A model generated the notes under the pieces. The model searched no databases and had not been told where the DNA came from. It worked only from the letters and a program-made list of their open reading frames with translations. The translations under genes and the position numbers were made by a program. From Amoebophrya sp. A120 (Eukaryota > Protista > Dinoflagellata): a stretch of 64,000 nt of DNA. The DNA is taken from assembly GCA_905178155.1 (NCBI GenBank), contig CAJINV010000004.1, forward strand, positions 4,706,518-4,770,517. The letters run 5' to 3'. Below are positions 54,499 to 64,000 of this stretch, piece after piece (position 1 is the first letter of the stretch; every line of letters starts with the position of its first letter).

Positions 54499-57400
54499 AT
54501 GACGGACTACGCCAAGTCGTTGGGCCCGGCGCCCGACGCGTTGCACTTCGAGCCGGACCTGCAGAAGAAGCTGGAGAAGGTGACCAAGCTCGGGTGGGCG
54601 CGCATGCGATGGGCGGACGGGTTTTCGTTGCTGCACTGGGCCTGCAAGAAGAACCGGCTCGACGTGGTTCGTCACCTGGTGGAGAAGGCCGAATTTAAAG
54701 ACGAAGTATCCTGTGCAAAAGTATCGTACTCGTATTGCAATCATGCATTGCAAATTTTCTTGTTAAGTCAAATCCGCCTTACAAATTTTATTTCTCATGC
54801 TGGGGGGGGGTGCAATTTGGTATCTAACCGACATTGTGCCAAGAGGAGGGCCCCCCCGGGAACGCCCGGCGAAAGCCTGACATGGGTTTCACTGTCCACG
54901 GGTGGCGTTGCGGGTAATCCTGGCGAAAGCCAAAAACCGGCAGAAAATGGGGCCACGGAAGAGTTCTTGCTGGACATTGCCAACATTTGCCCACGCAGAG
55001 CCGTCCTCTTGCCGGACACAGCCAACATCTGTCCGAAACAGCCTAGGGCCAAGACGGCACCGCGAGGACGACCGCAGGGGGTCCGTCTCAATGAAATGAA
55101 ACGAAATGAAATGCTGAGGAAATTAAAATTTGTAATGCATTTATACGAGTGCGATACTTTTGCATTGCATACGAAGTGGACATCGACCAAGTCGATGACA
55201 ACGGCAAGCCGGCGGTAGCCTACACGAAGTCCGACGCCATAAAGGAGTACATGGTCTGGCGCCGGAGCTTGAAGATCCAGGTAACCGAAACCGCCATCGT
55301 ACCGGTGGCCAGCGGCGCGGGAGGACAGGCCGGGGGCGCCGGCGGGAGCAGTGCTACCATGAACATACCCCCGCAGTGCGATCCCGATGTTTATACAGGT
55401 AGAGAAGAATGATTGGAGCGGTTGTATTTAGTTCATCGCGCAGTGCCGTGCTACAAATGCACTTCGATCAATTTTTCGATTCGAAGATTTGTTCTTTCCA
55501 CTTCAAATTCATGATTGATCGCGTCTAATATATGTATCCAACATCTTAACCCCAGATCTGAATGGGCTCCTCCGTCCCTTCGTGCAACACATGCTAGCGT
55601 CGGACGAGTCTGTGCCGCAGGCCATCGAGGAGCTGATGGACCGGTTTGCCAACATGGTATTCGAAAAGCGGTACGACAAGCTCACCCAGATGGTCCGAGA
55701 GGCCGCCCGGGAAGAGCCGAACGTGGTAAAAAACGCACTACAGATGGACGGGGGCGAGCACCACAACAAAATCGTGCCCGACCACGGTCCCCACATCGAG
55801 GGGGTCCACGACAACGAAGACCGGGGGGACGAGGCCTTCAGCGTGTCAGCGTACGCGCACCGCAGTGTCAGTGTGTCCGCTGAGCTGTGGAAAAACCGAT
55901 CGGCAATCATCGAGCGCATGTTCCAAATCAACCGACACGACAGGGACCTGGGGCTAGTCATGGGTACAGCTATTTTCAAAGGGTTCGTAACATGAAAATC
56001 AACGGTGAAATGAAATTGGAAGAAATACTAGCGCGATTTTATCGAGATGCCATATATGAAAATTATCGCAACTACACAAGCTAAAAATGAATATATGAAT
56101 TCAATCTCCACCAGGTCTTTCCGGTTGTCACATAATTGGTTTCGCGAACGAGCGTCTGGTATCAAATGCAAAATTTTCTGGGTGTGGAAGGTCGTCGTAA
56201 ATTCTCATGCTAAACCCGAATCGTGCGTAAATCTGTGTTGCATGAGTGCCAAAAGCTGTCCACCTTCGACCAAGCTGGGAGGGAGTTTCGGATGCAGGAT
56301 GGGCATGACAGAGACCTCGCAGACTCTGTCATGCTAGGTCCCGCATTTCCGACCTCATGGGTCATGGAAAACATGCATGACAAGACTACACTCTTCCAGA
56401 CCCAGACATATTTGCAGTGCATATCTGGTGCATGATTTCGAACTGGGCGACCAAATTGTGAGTGTGGACGGGCACCCGGTGGGCTGCTCGATGGAACTTT
56501 GCCAGGCCCTCCGAATCGAGCTCCGGGACCTCGTGCCCAGTAAAGGGTGCGTGCTCAAACTCGGGATTAAGCGCGGGGCGGGGGAGTTGATGCAGAAACT
56601 ACTGGACGACGGATATTTGGTATGTTTTTTCTTTTTCTCTACCGTGGTATGTCCAGCTTTTTTATTTATTTCTCGCACTACTTTTTAACTTTTTAATCTT
56701 GAAAAAATATCTTTCTCCAACGTCTACTTGTAAGTATATGTATGTTGACCGCGACGATTTTTTGGTATCATTCCTTCGAGGCCGCTCCTGCCGCTGCGCT
56801 GGCACGACCTAAGTAGGATGAAGAAGTAGACACTCGACTGTAATGTAATTAAATTACTTACATCATCGATTCAACTTCAGCTCCCCGACGTGTCCCAATT
56901 TTTTTCGTCGCGGAAAGACATGATGATTCTCGGTTCCGCCGCGTTGAAGTCCGCTCTCGCTTGCATGCCCGGCGGCGAGGATGCCACCTACATCCTGGGG
57001 CACTGCTGCGACGACACCGAGGAGGCCCGGTACCTGCTGAACGGGGTTTTGGGGAACATCCGCGAACTGAAAGTCGAGCTGCAGTTTCTCTATGCATTGC
57101 AAAAAAAGTATCGTACTCGTATAAATGCATACAAATTTCCTCGGCATGAAAAATTAAATTTGTAATGCGGATTTACCGTAAGAAAAAAAGGTTGTAATGC
57201 ATGATTGCAATGCGAGGACCAAGATAAAAAATATATATTTTTTCTAAATATTAATTTCAAGTACGATACTTTTGCACAGGATATTCTCCCCGGTAGACCA
57301 AAGTCGTTGGGCCTGGAACTCGCGATTGGGTCCACGAGGATTCGCAGATTCGCACTGAACGCCGCTAATTGCAAGTACGTGGGCAAGAATTACTTCATTG

Positions 57401-58239
57401 CCGAAGACATCATCGTGTCTGTTACGCAATACAACAATTTTAACCCCGTGGTACACATACAAAATGCCGCATCGTAGATGTTTTTTATTTCCATGATGAT
57501 TGTCATGCTGATCAGGGTTCTTGCGAAAAAGATTTCTCATGCGGACGAGCCAGTTTAATTTGTACGTGTACCAGATGGAATCGTTAATGTCCATATCCGT
57601 CGGCGGAATCAAGTGCACCACGGAGCAAGAACTGAAGGAGGCCTACACAATCGCACGAGATAACCATGACACGATTAGCTTCGTTGTGAAGAGGGAGGTA
57701 TTTGAACTAGTTTTTGTTTTAGTGCTGGGCGACATTGTTTTTCATTCAGTTTTGGTTGTATGTCGGAGGAAGTTGTCAAAGTCTGCGTTTGCATGTCGAA
57801 GGTTGTCAAAAGCTCCAAACTATAATTCGCGTACGCACACCCACAACACCCCCAGGTCGGCAACGAGCAGCCTGAGCTTGATTTCGACCCCAACGCCGGA
57901 GAGCAGTATGTGGACCATGGTATCGAGAACCCCCACGGCGTGAAGACCACCTACACCGTCGAGAACGTGAAGGATATGGTCCCGGAAGAGTACAAGAAAG
58001 CCATCGAAAAAGTCGAGCGCCGCGGGTGGGCCAACACCAAGTGGGATCGGGGGTACACGCTGCTGCACTGGGCCAGTCGCAGCGGGGATTTGGACCTCGT
58101 AAAATTTCTCATCGCGGCCTTCAATGCGGACGTGAATGCGAAAGACGACCGGGGCTTGAAAGCGATCGACCACGCAAAGAAGAAGGGACACACCGAGGTC
58201 ATCACCTTCTTCCAAACGGTGTGCGGCGTCACGGAGTAG
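54499..58239 (+). CDS. Protein with ankyrin repeats at both ends and two central PDZ-like domains
   Basis: Ankyrin motifs GFSLLHWACKKNRLDVVRHLV and GYTLLHWASRSGDLDLVKFLI...DVNAKDDRG; PDZ-like LGLVM...GDQIVSVDG and LGLEL...EDIIVSVGG, both complete only after introner removal. Confidence 0.75.
54707..55171. mobile_element. Introner family B (reverse) with 308-bp nested insertion
   Basis: TATCCTGTGCAAAAGTATCGTACT...TACTTTTGCATTGCATA, TSD CGAAG; removal gives KDEVDIDQVDD; 151 nt without the insert. Confidence 0.9.
54803..55110 (+). mobile_element. Nested retroposon-like insertion
   Basis: ATGCTG duplication (54797-54802, 55111-55116), 5' G8 run, 3' (AATGA)n-type tail. Confidence 0.65.
56160..56423. 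mobile_element. Introner family A (forward; reverse-complement relative of the 12282/42425 subfamily)
   Basis: Family A TIRs, TSD TCTGG; removal gives NERLVHDFELGD. Confidence 0.9.
57091..57283. mobile_element. Introner family B with ~40-nt AT-rich internal addition
   Basis: Family B ends, TSD TTCTC; removal gives LQFLPGRPK. Confidence 0.9.
57423..57595. mobile_element. Introner, G-like (decayed)
   Basis: TACGCAATAC...GGTACACATACAAA / TTTGTACGTGTACC...ATGTCCATA, TSD TCTGT/TCCGT; removal gives IIVSVGGIK. Confidence 0.75.
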
Positions 58240-60190
58240 ACTATGAAGATGCCGCAACTTCTGTAGCGGTTGCTTGTAGAAGAAGAATGATAAAAGTAGC
58301 TCGAGCTCGAGCAGGCAGAAAAAAATTAAAAATGTATGGATTCAAATGCAAAGACTTGTACAAATGTAGCTGGGACAGTACCAGTAGGAGGAGAAAACGA
58401 AAACCTGCGACTATTGCAGACGGTGGCCGAAAATGACTATTTCAAAATGTACACGTTTCCGTTTCGCGCTGCTAAAAGATTAGATTGTCCCTGAAGTAAT
58501 ATCAACGTCCATAACTTCCATTTTGCAGATAGAACAAACAATGCCAAGTTTAAGAATTATTCCAAGCGAAGAGAAATTAAGATCGATTCCAATATTATAC
58601 TGAGTTTCAGCAAATTTTACAAAAAGCCGGCACGATTTCACGTGCTGTGCGATGTAGTTCTTATCAGACTTTACCCTGTTGAAGGAAAAGCTTCGAAAAC
58701 TAAATTCAAGTTTCAACCGTGCATTGCACGGATTGACCCGAAGAAGTTTCGCAGACACAGATAGCAATCCAAGATGAAAGGTTTCAAACAATTTCCAAAT
58801 CAAGTTTGCAATACAAAAACTTAAACTTGTATTTGCTTAGTGTTGATGAATATTCTTAATTCCAATTTCCAATTTAGCATACCTCTACTAAAAGCAGACT
58901 CATCTCCTACCGCTGCCGGGGTTCATTCTCGTACGGTGCTCATGCGCAGGGAGAGAAGAACATGTGGCGCCCGTAGTGGAGAAGCAGAAAAACGACCTAG
59001 AATTGAACTCAGATGATTTCAAGCAACGATAAGATTTGGCGGAATTTTGCGAATGTTGTAAATAAGTCGCACGCTTCAGCAGCTTGAGAAGCACCAACGA
59101 ATTGTACCAAAAGCCTGAAACCCTGTTTGTACTGTACCGTAGCGACCTAGGTAATCAACTTGAACTTTGAATGACCGGACTCAAGTTTATTTTCAAAAAA
59201 ATCTTTCAACGCGAAAAAGCAACTGAAACGTAATAAAAACTCACAACTCAATAGGCAGTCGATGAGCGTGGGAGCTAAACCTGTGATATTCCATGTTGTA
59301 AATCAAGCGAATAATACAACGGCGACAAAAAACTCCAGAAGTGTATACAGGTGCTACTATATGCACCAGTTGCTGCACAGCAGTAAGTCGCTGCAACAAC
59401 GCTTTTGTTCTGTCTAGGTGTTTCCAGTAACGCAGGTGCTTTCCTGGTCGTAGTTTCTTTGGTTTGATAAGTGCAGTTGCCGCCAGCGGCACGTCTTTAC
59501 TGTCGAGTAACGAGAGAGTAGTAGGTTTTTACGCAAATTGATAATGGTGCTCCAAGGTGTCTGTGGCCTGCTTAAACTTACTTCTTCCGGAATTTGAACT
59601 GTTTTGCAGCAAAGCGGCTTCGCCATCGTTGTGGTTCATCTGGAGATTGAGAGAACACGTTTTTTGCTTCTCAAACCGAAAAATCCGAAGGGTACTATTT
59701 TTTCAAAGTGGAATTATTTATGTCATTATGACGCAACTCTGATTCTATTTTTCAATCCTGAAGTTGTCTGCAGTGGCTCTACTTTGTGTAGTTTCGTGGT
59801 TTCGGAACAAAAAACCAAAACTTGGCGCCAACGGTTGCGCCCATTTACTTATTTCCGGGGCATAGCGGCAAGAAGGCGTTCACCGAAGCAACGTCGTCGA
59901 TGAACGAGGGGGCTTGTTGTGCTCTTGTGTAGCTTTTCTTCCAGAGTCCGACAGTTTGAGGATGGCGGCTATCGCGACGCAGCGGTATCGTGATCTTCGG
60001 AGCTAATGATCAAGTTCTTGTAAATGCAACCCTGCTGGACAATCGATATTCGCCAGAAGTAGGGGCTTTTTGTTTTTGACGCAACATTCGTCGCCTGAGA
60101 CCGAGTCGAATTGAAAGCTAAAACGCAAAAGCGGCAGCGGGCGGCCAAACCAACCGTCACAGGAAGCGCTTGGTCAACACTGCCAGCTGC

Positions 60191-63100
60191 ATGTCGACTT
60201 CTTCAATGCTGCAGAACAGTTCCAGCAGCGGGCTGTCTCCGGACCGCAACCGAAGCTCTGGAGCTGCAGCTGCAGCAAATATTAAAACGACCATGACCTC
60301 CACAACTTCGCAGCAGCACAAGAAAGACGTGACTCTCCCGCACCCGGGTGCTGTACAACTAGTCCCCGCCCGGTCCGCCAGTCCCACTGCGAGCATCGGC
60401 GTGGCCAACCGGTCTTTCAACTACGGCATCGCGATCTCGCGGTTCTCGGACGCTGCGAAGCTTCTGCCCGCACACCTCGGCCCCGTGTTCGACGGCACAA
60501 AAAAGCAGATCACCTACCGAAAGGAGCTGATCGAAGGTTTGGGCGTATTACCGCACCACGTACAGCACCTGGCAGCTGTTACGACCGCGGCCTCGCCGTC
60601 CTCCGCTTCTGGTTCTTTATCTTCCTCGTCGCCAGCAACAGGAGCGGCAGCCTTACCACCTCGCGTCACCAACATTTTAGTCTACGGAGAAGCCGATGCG
60701 GGGAAGAGCAGCCTAGTGTGGCACGAGAGCGACGGCATTTGCGCCCGGATCGCGCACGCGTATTTGCGGCAAACGACGTTGATCGTGGAATGTGTGGAGC
60801 TGGGGTCGACTTTCGCCACGGATTTGCTGGATCATGTCGTGGTGAAGGGAGGTGGGGTCGATCTGGTGCAGGCCGGAGAAGGGGATGGTAATAAAGCCAA
60901 TAAAGGGCGGATACTTAGAATTTCGGTTCTGCGGTTCACTAAAACTTGAAGTGTAGTACGTTCCTCTGCGCCGTATTTGCTTCTAGAACAAAGATGATGA
61001 GGCTCATCTACAAATTTCATCAGTTTTTAATACTAGCCGCCGCACTTCTTTACTAACGGTACGTACCGCTCTCGCTTTCTCCAATGAAGAAATGCGACTC
61101 AGTTAAATTTCCTCTCAGGTGTTCCTCCCCGCCCGACCGGCGTTCGCGTGTCCAATGTGGAAGACCTGCGGCGCGTGATGCGGCTCGCGCACTGTCGGCG
61201 CGTGTGGAGCGAGACCACGCACGACTCGGCGAAGCGGCGCGCCGTGGCGTTTTCCATGTACACCTCAGAGAATACCAAGATTCGGGTCATTGACTGTCTA
61301 TCACACAGAAAAAAGCAGGCAGGTCATATGTGTAATGCAAAAACACACGCGCAAAAGAAAAAGATCTGCACTGCATGCCTCAAACAGCATGCTATGGGGC
61401 CGTCCATGACAAATTTTTATGTGTAGTTATTTTTGCATTACAAATACGACCTGCCGGCTTTTTTCTCTGGGATACTGACCCAGCTGCGACAAGGACCACT
61501 TGGCGGACCTGGCCGACCTGGATCACTTGTTCGAGCGTCTGAGCCTCGGGCAGCCGGTGCAATTTTCGTCAGATGGTGCGACGACTTCTTCATCTAGCAC
61601 TTCTGGACGGGTTGAGACGCCGTTTCTGGAAACGGTGAAAGAGGGGCTGGCGCGGAATGGACGGACCTTCGCGATCTTGGTCGTTGGAAACAAATCGGAG
61701 GCACTGTATCACAGGAAAAAGTGTTTAAATGAACGGAAAAATTCGAACTTGCAATGCGGTAGGTGCCCGACATGCCCAAATTTATCATGCAACATAGCAT
61801 GCGCGCTAGGTACAATTTGCCATGCATCGCCGCAAACTATGAAAAGAACCGATACCGTTAGCACTACTTTTTGGCGTGATGCACTAATGTCGAAGACCTT
61901 GAAGTTCGCGGAGTTCTGCCACAAAGTGCGGGAGCAGACCAGGTTCCGCTCTGTCGGGTTGCCGACGGTGCGAGTGGTATCCCAGGAAAAAACTGTTTCA
62001 CTGTGACGATTTTGGAAGATCTGCGTCACAAGTTTGTTACACATGACAGAGGAAACTTGTCATGCGTGCTTCCTAAGGGAAAACACAGCCAAAAATCCAA
62101 TGTCTTGCATGTGTAGCAAGACAAACACATTTGCGTTCCGTTCTATGCATCACAAGTTCACAGCGACACAGTTTTTTCTTGTGATGAGTGGCGCTACCGT
62201 TTCAATGTTGCGACCTGCCGGAAGAAAACCCGCGGAACATGGATACAGGTACCTATCTTGACGTGGAAGAGCCCAACTCGTTCGGTCATGTTCTTGGCTC
62301 TTCCTGCATATAAAAATGTGATTGACTTACTTCACACTCACGCACTCTTCTTCCGCTTCCGCATCTAATTTTAAGTTTAGCTCTTTCGCCCCCTGGCCCT
62401 GCAAGAAGATCATCATGATATTATTTTGCTTGCCATGTTGACTCGGACTCCTGAACCTGATGTCATTCTCATTTTCAACAGTCGAACGCGGCGGTATTCT
62501 GTACATGCGGAACCTGCACCGGGAGGAGCACCTGAGCAGCCTGTTGAAGGTGGAACTTTCGGAGCAGCTTTCCTGCTCCGTCGGCGGCAATCCGGGGAAT
62601 GACTTGGTGCTCTGCGGCCTACCGGCTTTTTTGTATCGCATCCGGTTTCTGGCGAAACAGGCTGCGGTAGAACTGGACCCACTGGCCACGGACTCGCACA
62701 AGTACCTGCGCGTCAACGGCATGAAGCAAGCGGGAGTGGGACAAGAACCCATTCTGGTCTATGTTGGGGACCAAATTCAGCTGGCGGAAACGTATTTGCG
62801 GCGCTTAAGCTCAATAAAAAAGAAATTCAATTTATGTAGCTCTCTCAGCTAATTATTTAGTGCAACAAAAGCTATGAATTGTGCATCTACTTCTTGTCTT
62901 TGTTCCGGTCGATGTTATTTCGTTCAAAAATTGCGCACCTGGAGGTGATTTTTATCCACCTGACGAACTAATTAGTAATTCCTCGTTGCAGGAGTTACAA
63001 CGTATCAACAACATCAACATCTATCAAGTATCTGTCTAGGTACTTTTTCGAGTTTTATTTTGGGCAAGAGCGCGGGAAGGACGTGATATTACAGCCGGCC

Positions 63101-64000
63101 CACGCCGAAGATCCGGATAGCATCGGGGAGAAAATTGAGCTGCTGAACTTGATGCAAAGCAAGGAAACCTTCGAGCTGGCCCCGGGTGGTCGCGTGCGCG
63201 TCTTTCCGCACAGTCCGGGGGAACACAAGGCCAAATCGGGTGGAGGTCCACCCACCGTCGCGGGAGTCACGAAGAACACACTCGGCAGAAGCGAGTTCTT
63301 GGCAAAGTGAGATTTTTTATGGACGAATTCTACGATGCCGATCATACGTAAATTAAGTTTAAGAAGAAAAGATTGTATAATATTTGATTTTCCGTGTTGA
63401 CCTTGTATCAGTAGTGATTTTTTCTGCTCGCGTCGTGGCAGGACAAGGGCACTTGATAGTGTGAAATTGAATTTGAAAGTTTTCTGTAAAATACAGGTAC
63501 TACACAATCTGCGACGGGCTGTATTCCGATTCGAACGCGACGGTATCCAAAGTGATCGCCGACGAGACGCTCATTTCCTCAACGTACTCCCACGGAGGAG
63601 GTGTTCTTGCAACGTCCTCGCTCCACGGCGGACCGCCTCCGAAACACCGGCCCGGCGCAGCTCCGACCAGTACCTTCTTACCCACGTCCCGACTGACGAG
63701 TCCCAGTCCGCTATCCTGAGTAAAAACGTACCCACACCATAGTTAGTTGTCATGCAAATCTGCATGCTTAAAATGTTTGTCATGCGGAGCCCTATGAGAA
63801 GCATTTTCTAAGGGTGTTTTGAAATTTGTCATGCTCCAATCAGCATGAGAGACTAGGTCTGTAATGCTGCTGAACTAGCTCAAACAGCACTACACTACGC
63901 GTCCAAATTTGTCATGCGAAACAAGCAAAGTTGGCCGATTTGTCTAGCAGATTTTCCATCTTGACTCTGGTGTGGGGACGTTTTCACTCAGGATATCCGC
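60191..64000 (+). CDS. Degenerate kinesin motor followed by an FHA-like domain (kinesin-3-like architecture), 3'-partial
   Basis: P-loop ILVYGEADAGKS; motor C-terminal region EGLARNGRTFAILVV...SKTLKFAEF; FHA-like SVGGNPGNDLVLCG...LRVNG...GDQIQL. Confidence 0.55.
61299..61474. mobile_element. Introner family K
   Basis: TATCACACAGAAAAAAGCAGGCAGGTC...GACCTGCCGGCTTTTTTCTCTGGGATA, TSD CTGTC/CTGAC; removal gives VIDCPSCDK. Confidence 0.85.
61707..61881. mobile_element. Introner family L (decayed)
   Basis: TATCACAGGAAAAAGTG...CTACTTTTTGGCGTGATG, TSD CACTG/CACTA; removal gives SEALMSKTL. Confidence 0.7.
61978..62186. mobile_element. Introner family I
   Basis: TATCCCAGGAAAAAACTGTTTCACTGTGA...TCACAGCGACACAGTTTTTTCTTGTGATG, TSD AGTGG; removal gives VRVALPF. 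Confidence 0.85.
63712..63995. mobile_element. Introner family D
   Basis: TATCCTGAGTAAAAACGTACCCACACCA...TGGTGTGGGGACGTTTTCACTCAGGATA, TSD TCCGC; downstream exon lies outside the window. Confidence 0.88.

Noticed and set aside
4158-56423. Recurrent peptides in the ORF track (FQTQTLL, KCLGLE, KNVWVWK, LPDPDTF) suggesting a repeated protein domain
   Set aside because: They are translations of the family A inverted repeat in different frames, not protein.
1-64000. An autonomous transposase or reverse transcriptase for the elements
   Set aside because: I recognised no DDE, tyrosine recombinase or RT motifs in any ORF; the mobiliser must lie elsewhere or be too diverged to spot by eye.

Overview
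Eukaryotic, intron-rich DNA from an alveolate. CPW-WPC and RAP proteins, co-oriented genes and non-canonical introns point to a syndinian dinoflagellate such as Amoebophrya (inference). I can reconstruct about 10 protein genes, all on the + strand: a discoidin-like surface protein, a coiled-coil/low-complexity protein, an SF2 helicase, a ~2,830-aa kinesin, a RAP protein, an EF-hand-like protein, a hypothetical protein, a CPW-WPC protein, an ankyrin/PDZ-like protein and a degenerate kinesin-FHA protein. The dominant feature is 33 MITE-like elements in about 12 families. Each has terminal inverted repeats, TA(T/C/A)...AT(A/G) ends and a 5-bp target-site duplication (TSD), and each sits inside coding sequence. 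Wherever the downstream exon is checkable, removing the element plus one TSD copy restores the reading frame. Only 2 of the 33 offer a GT-AG register and 2 a GA-AG register, so these look like transposon-derived non-canonical introns (introners). They occur in both orientations, share an internal TTGTVATGC motif across families, and three carry large nested insertions. All coordinates and splice models were derived by eye; no RNA data or database searches were available.
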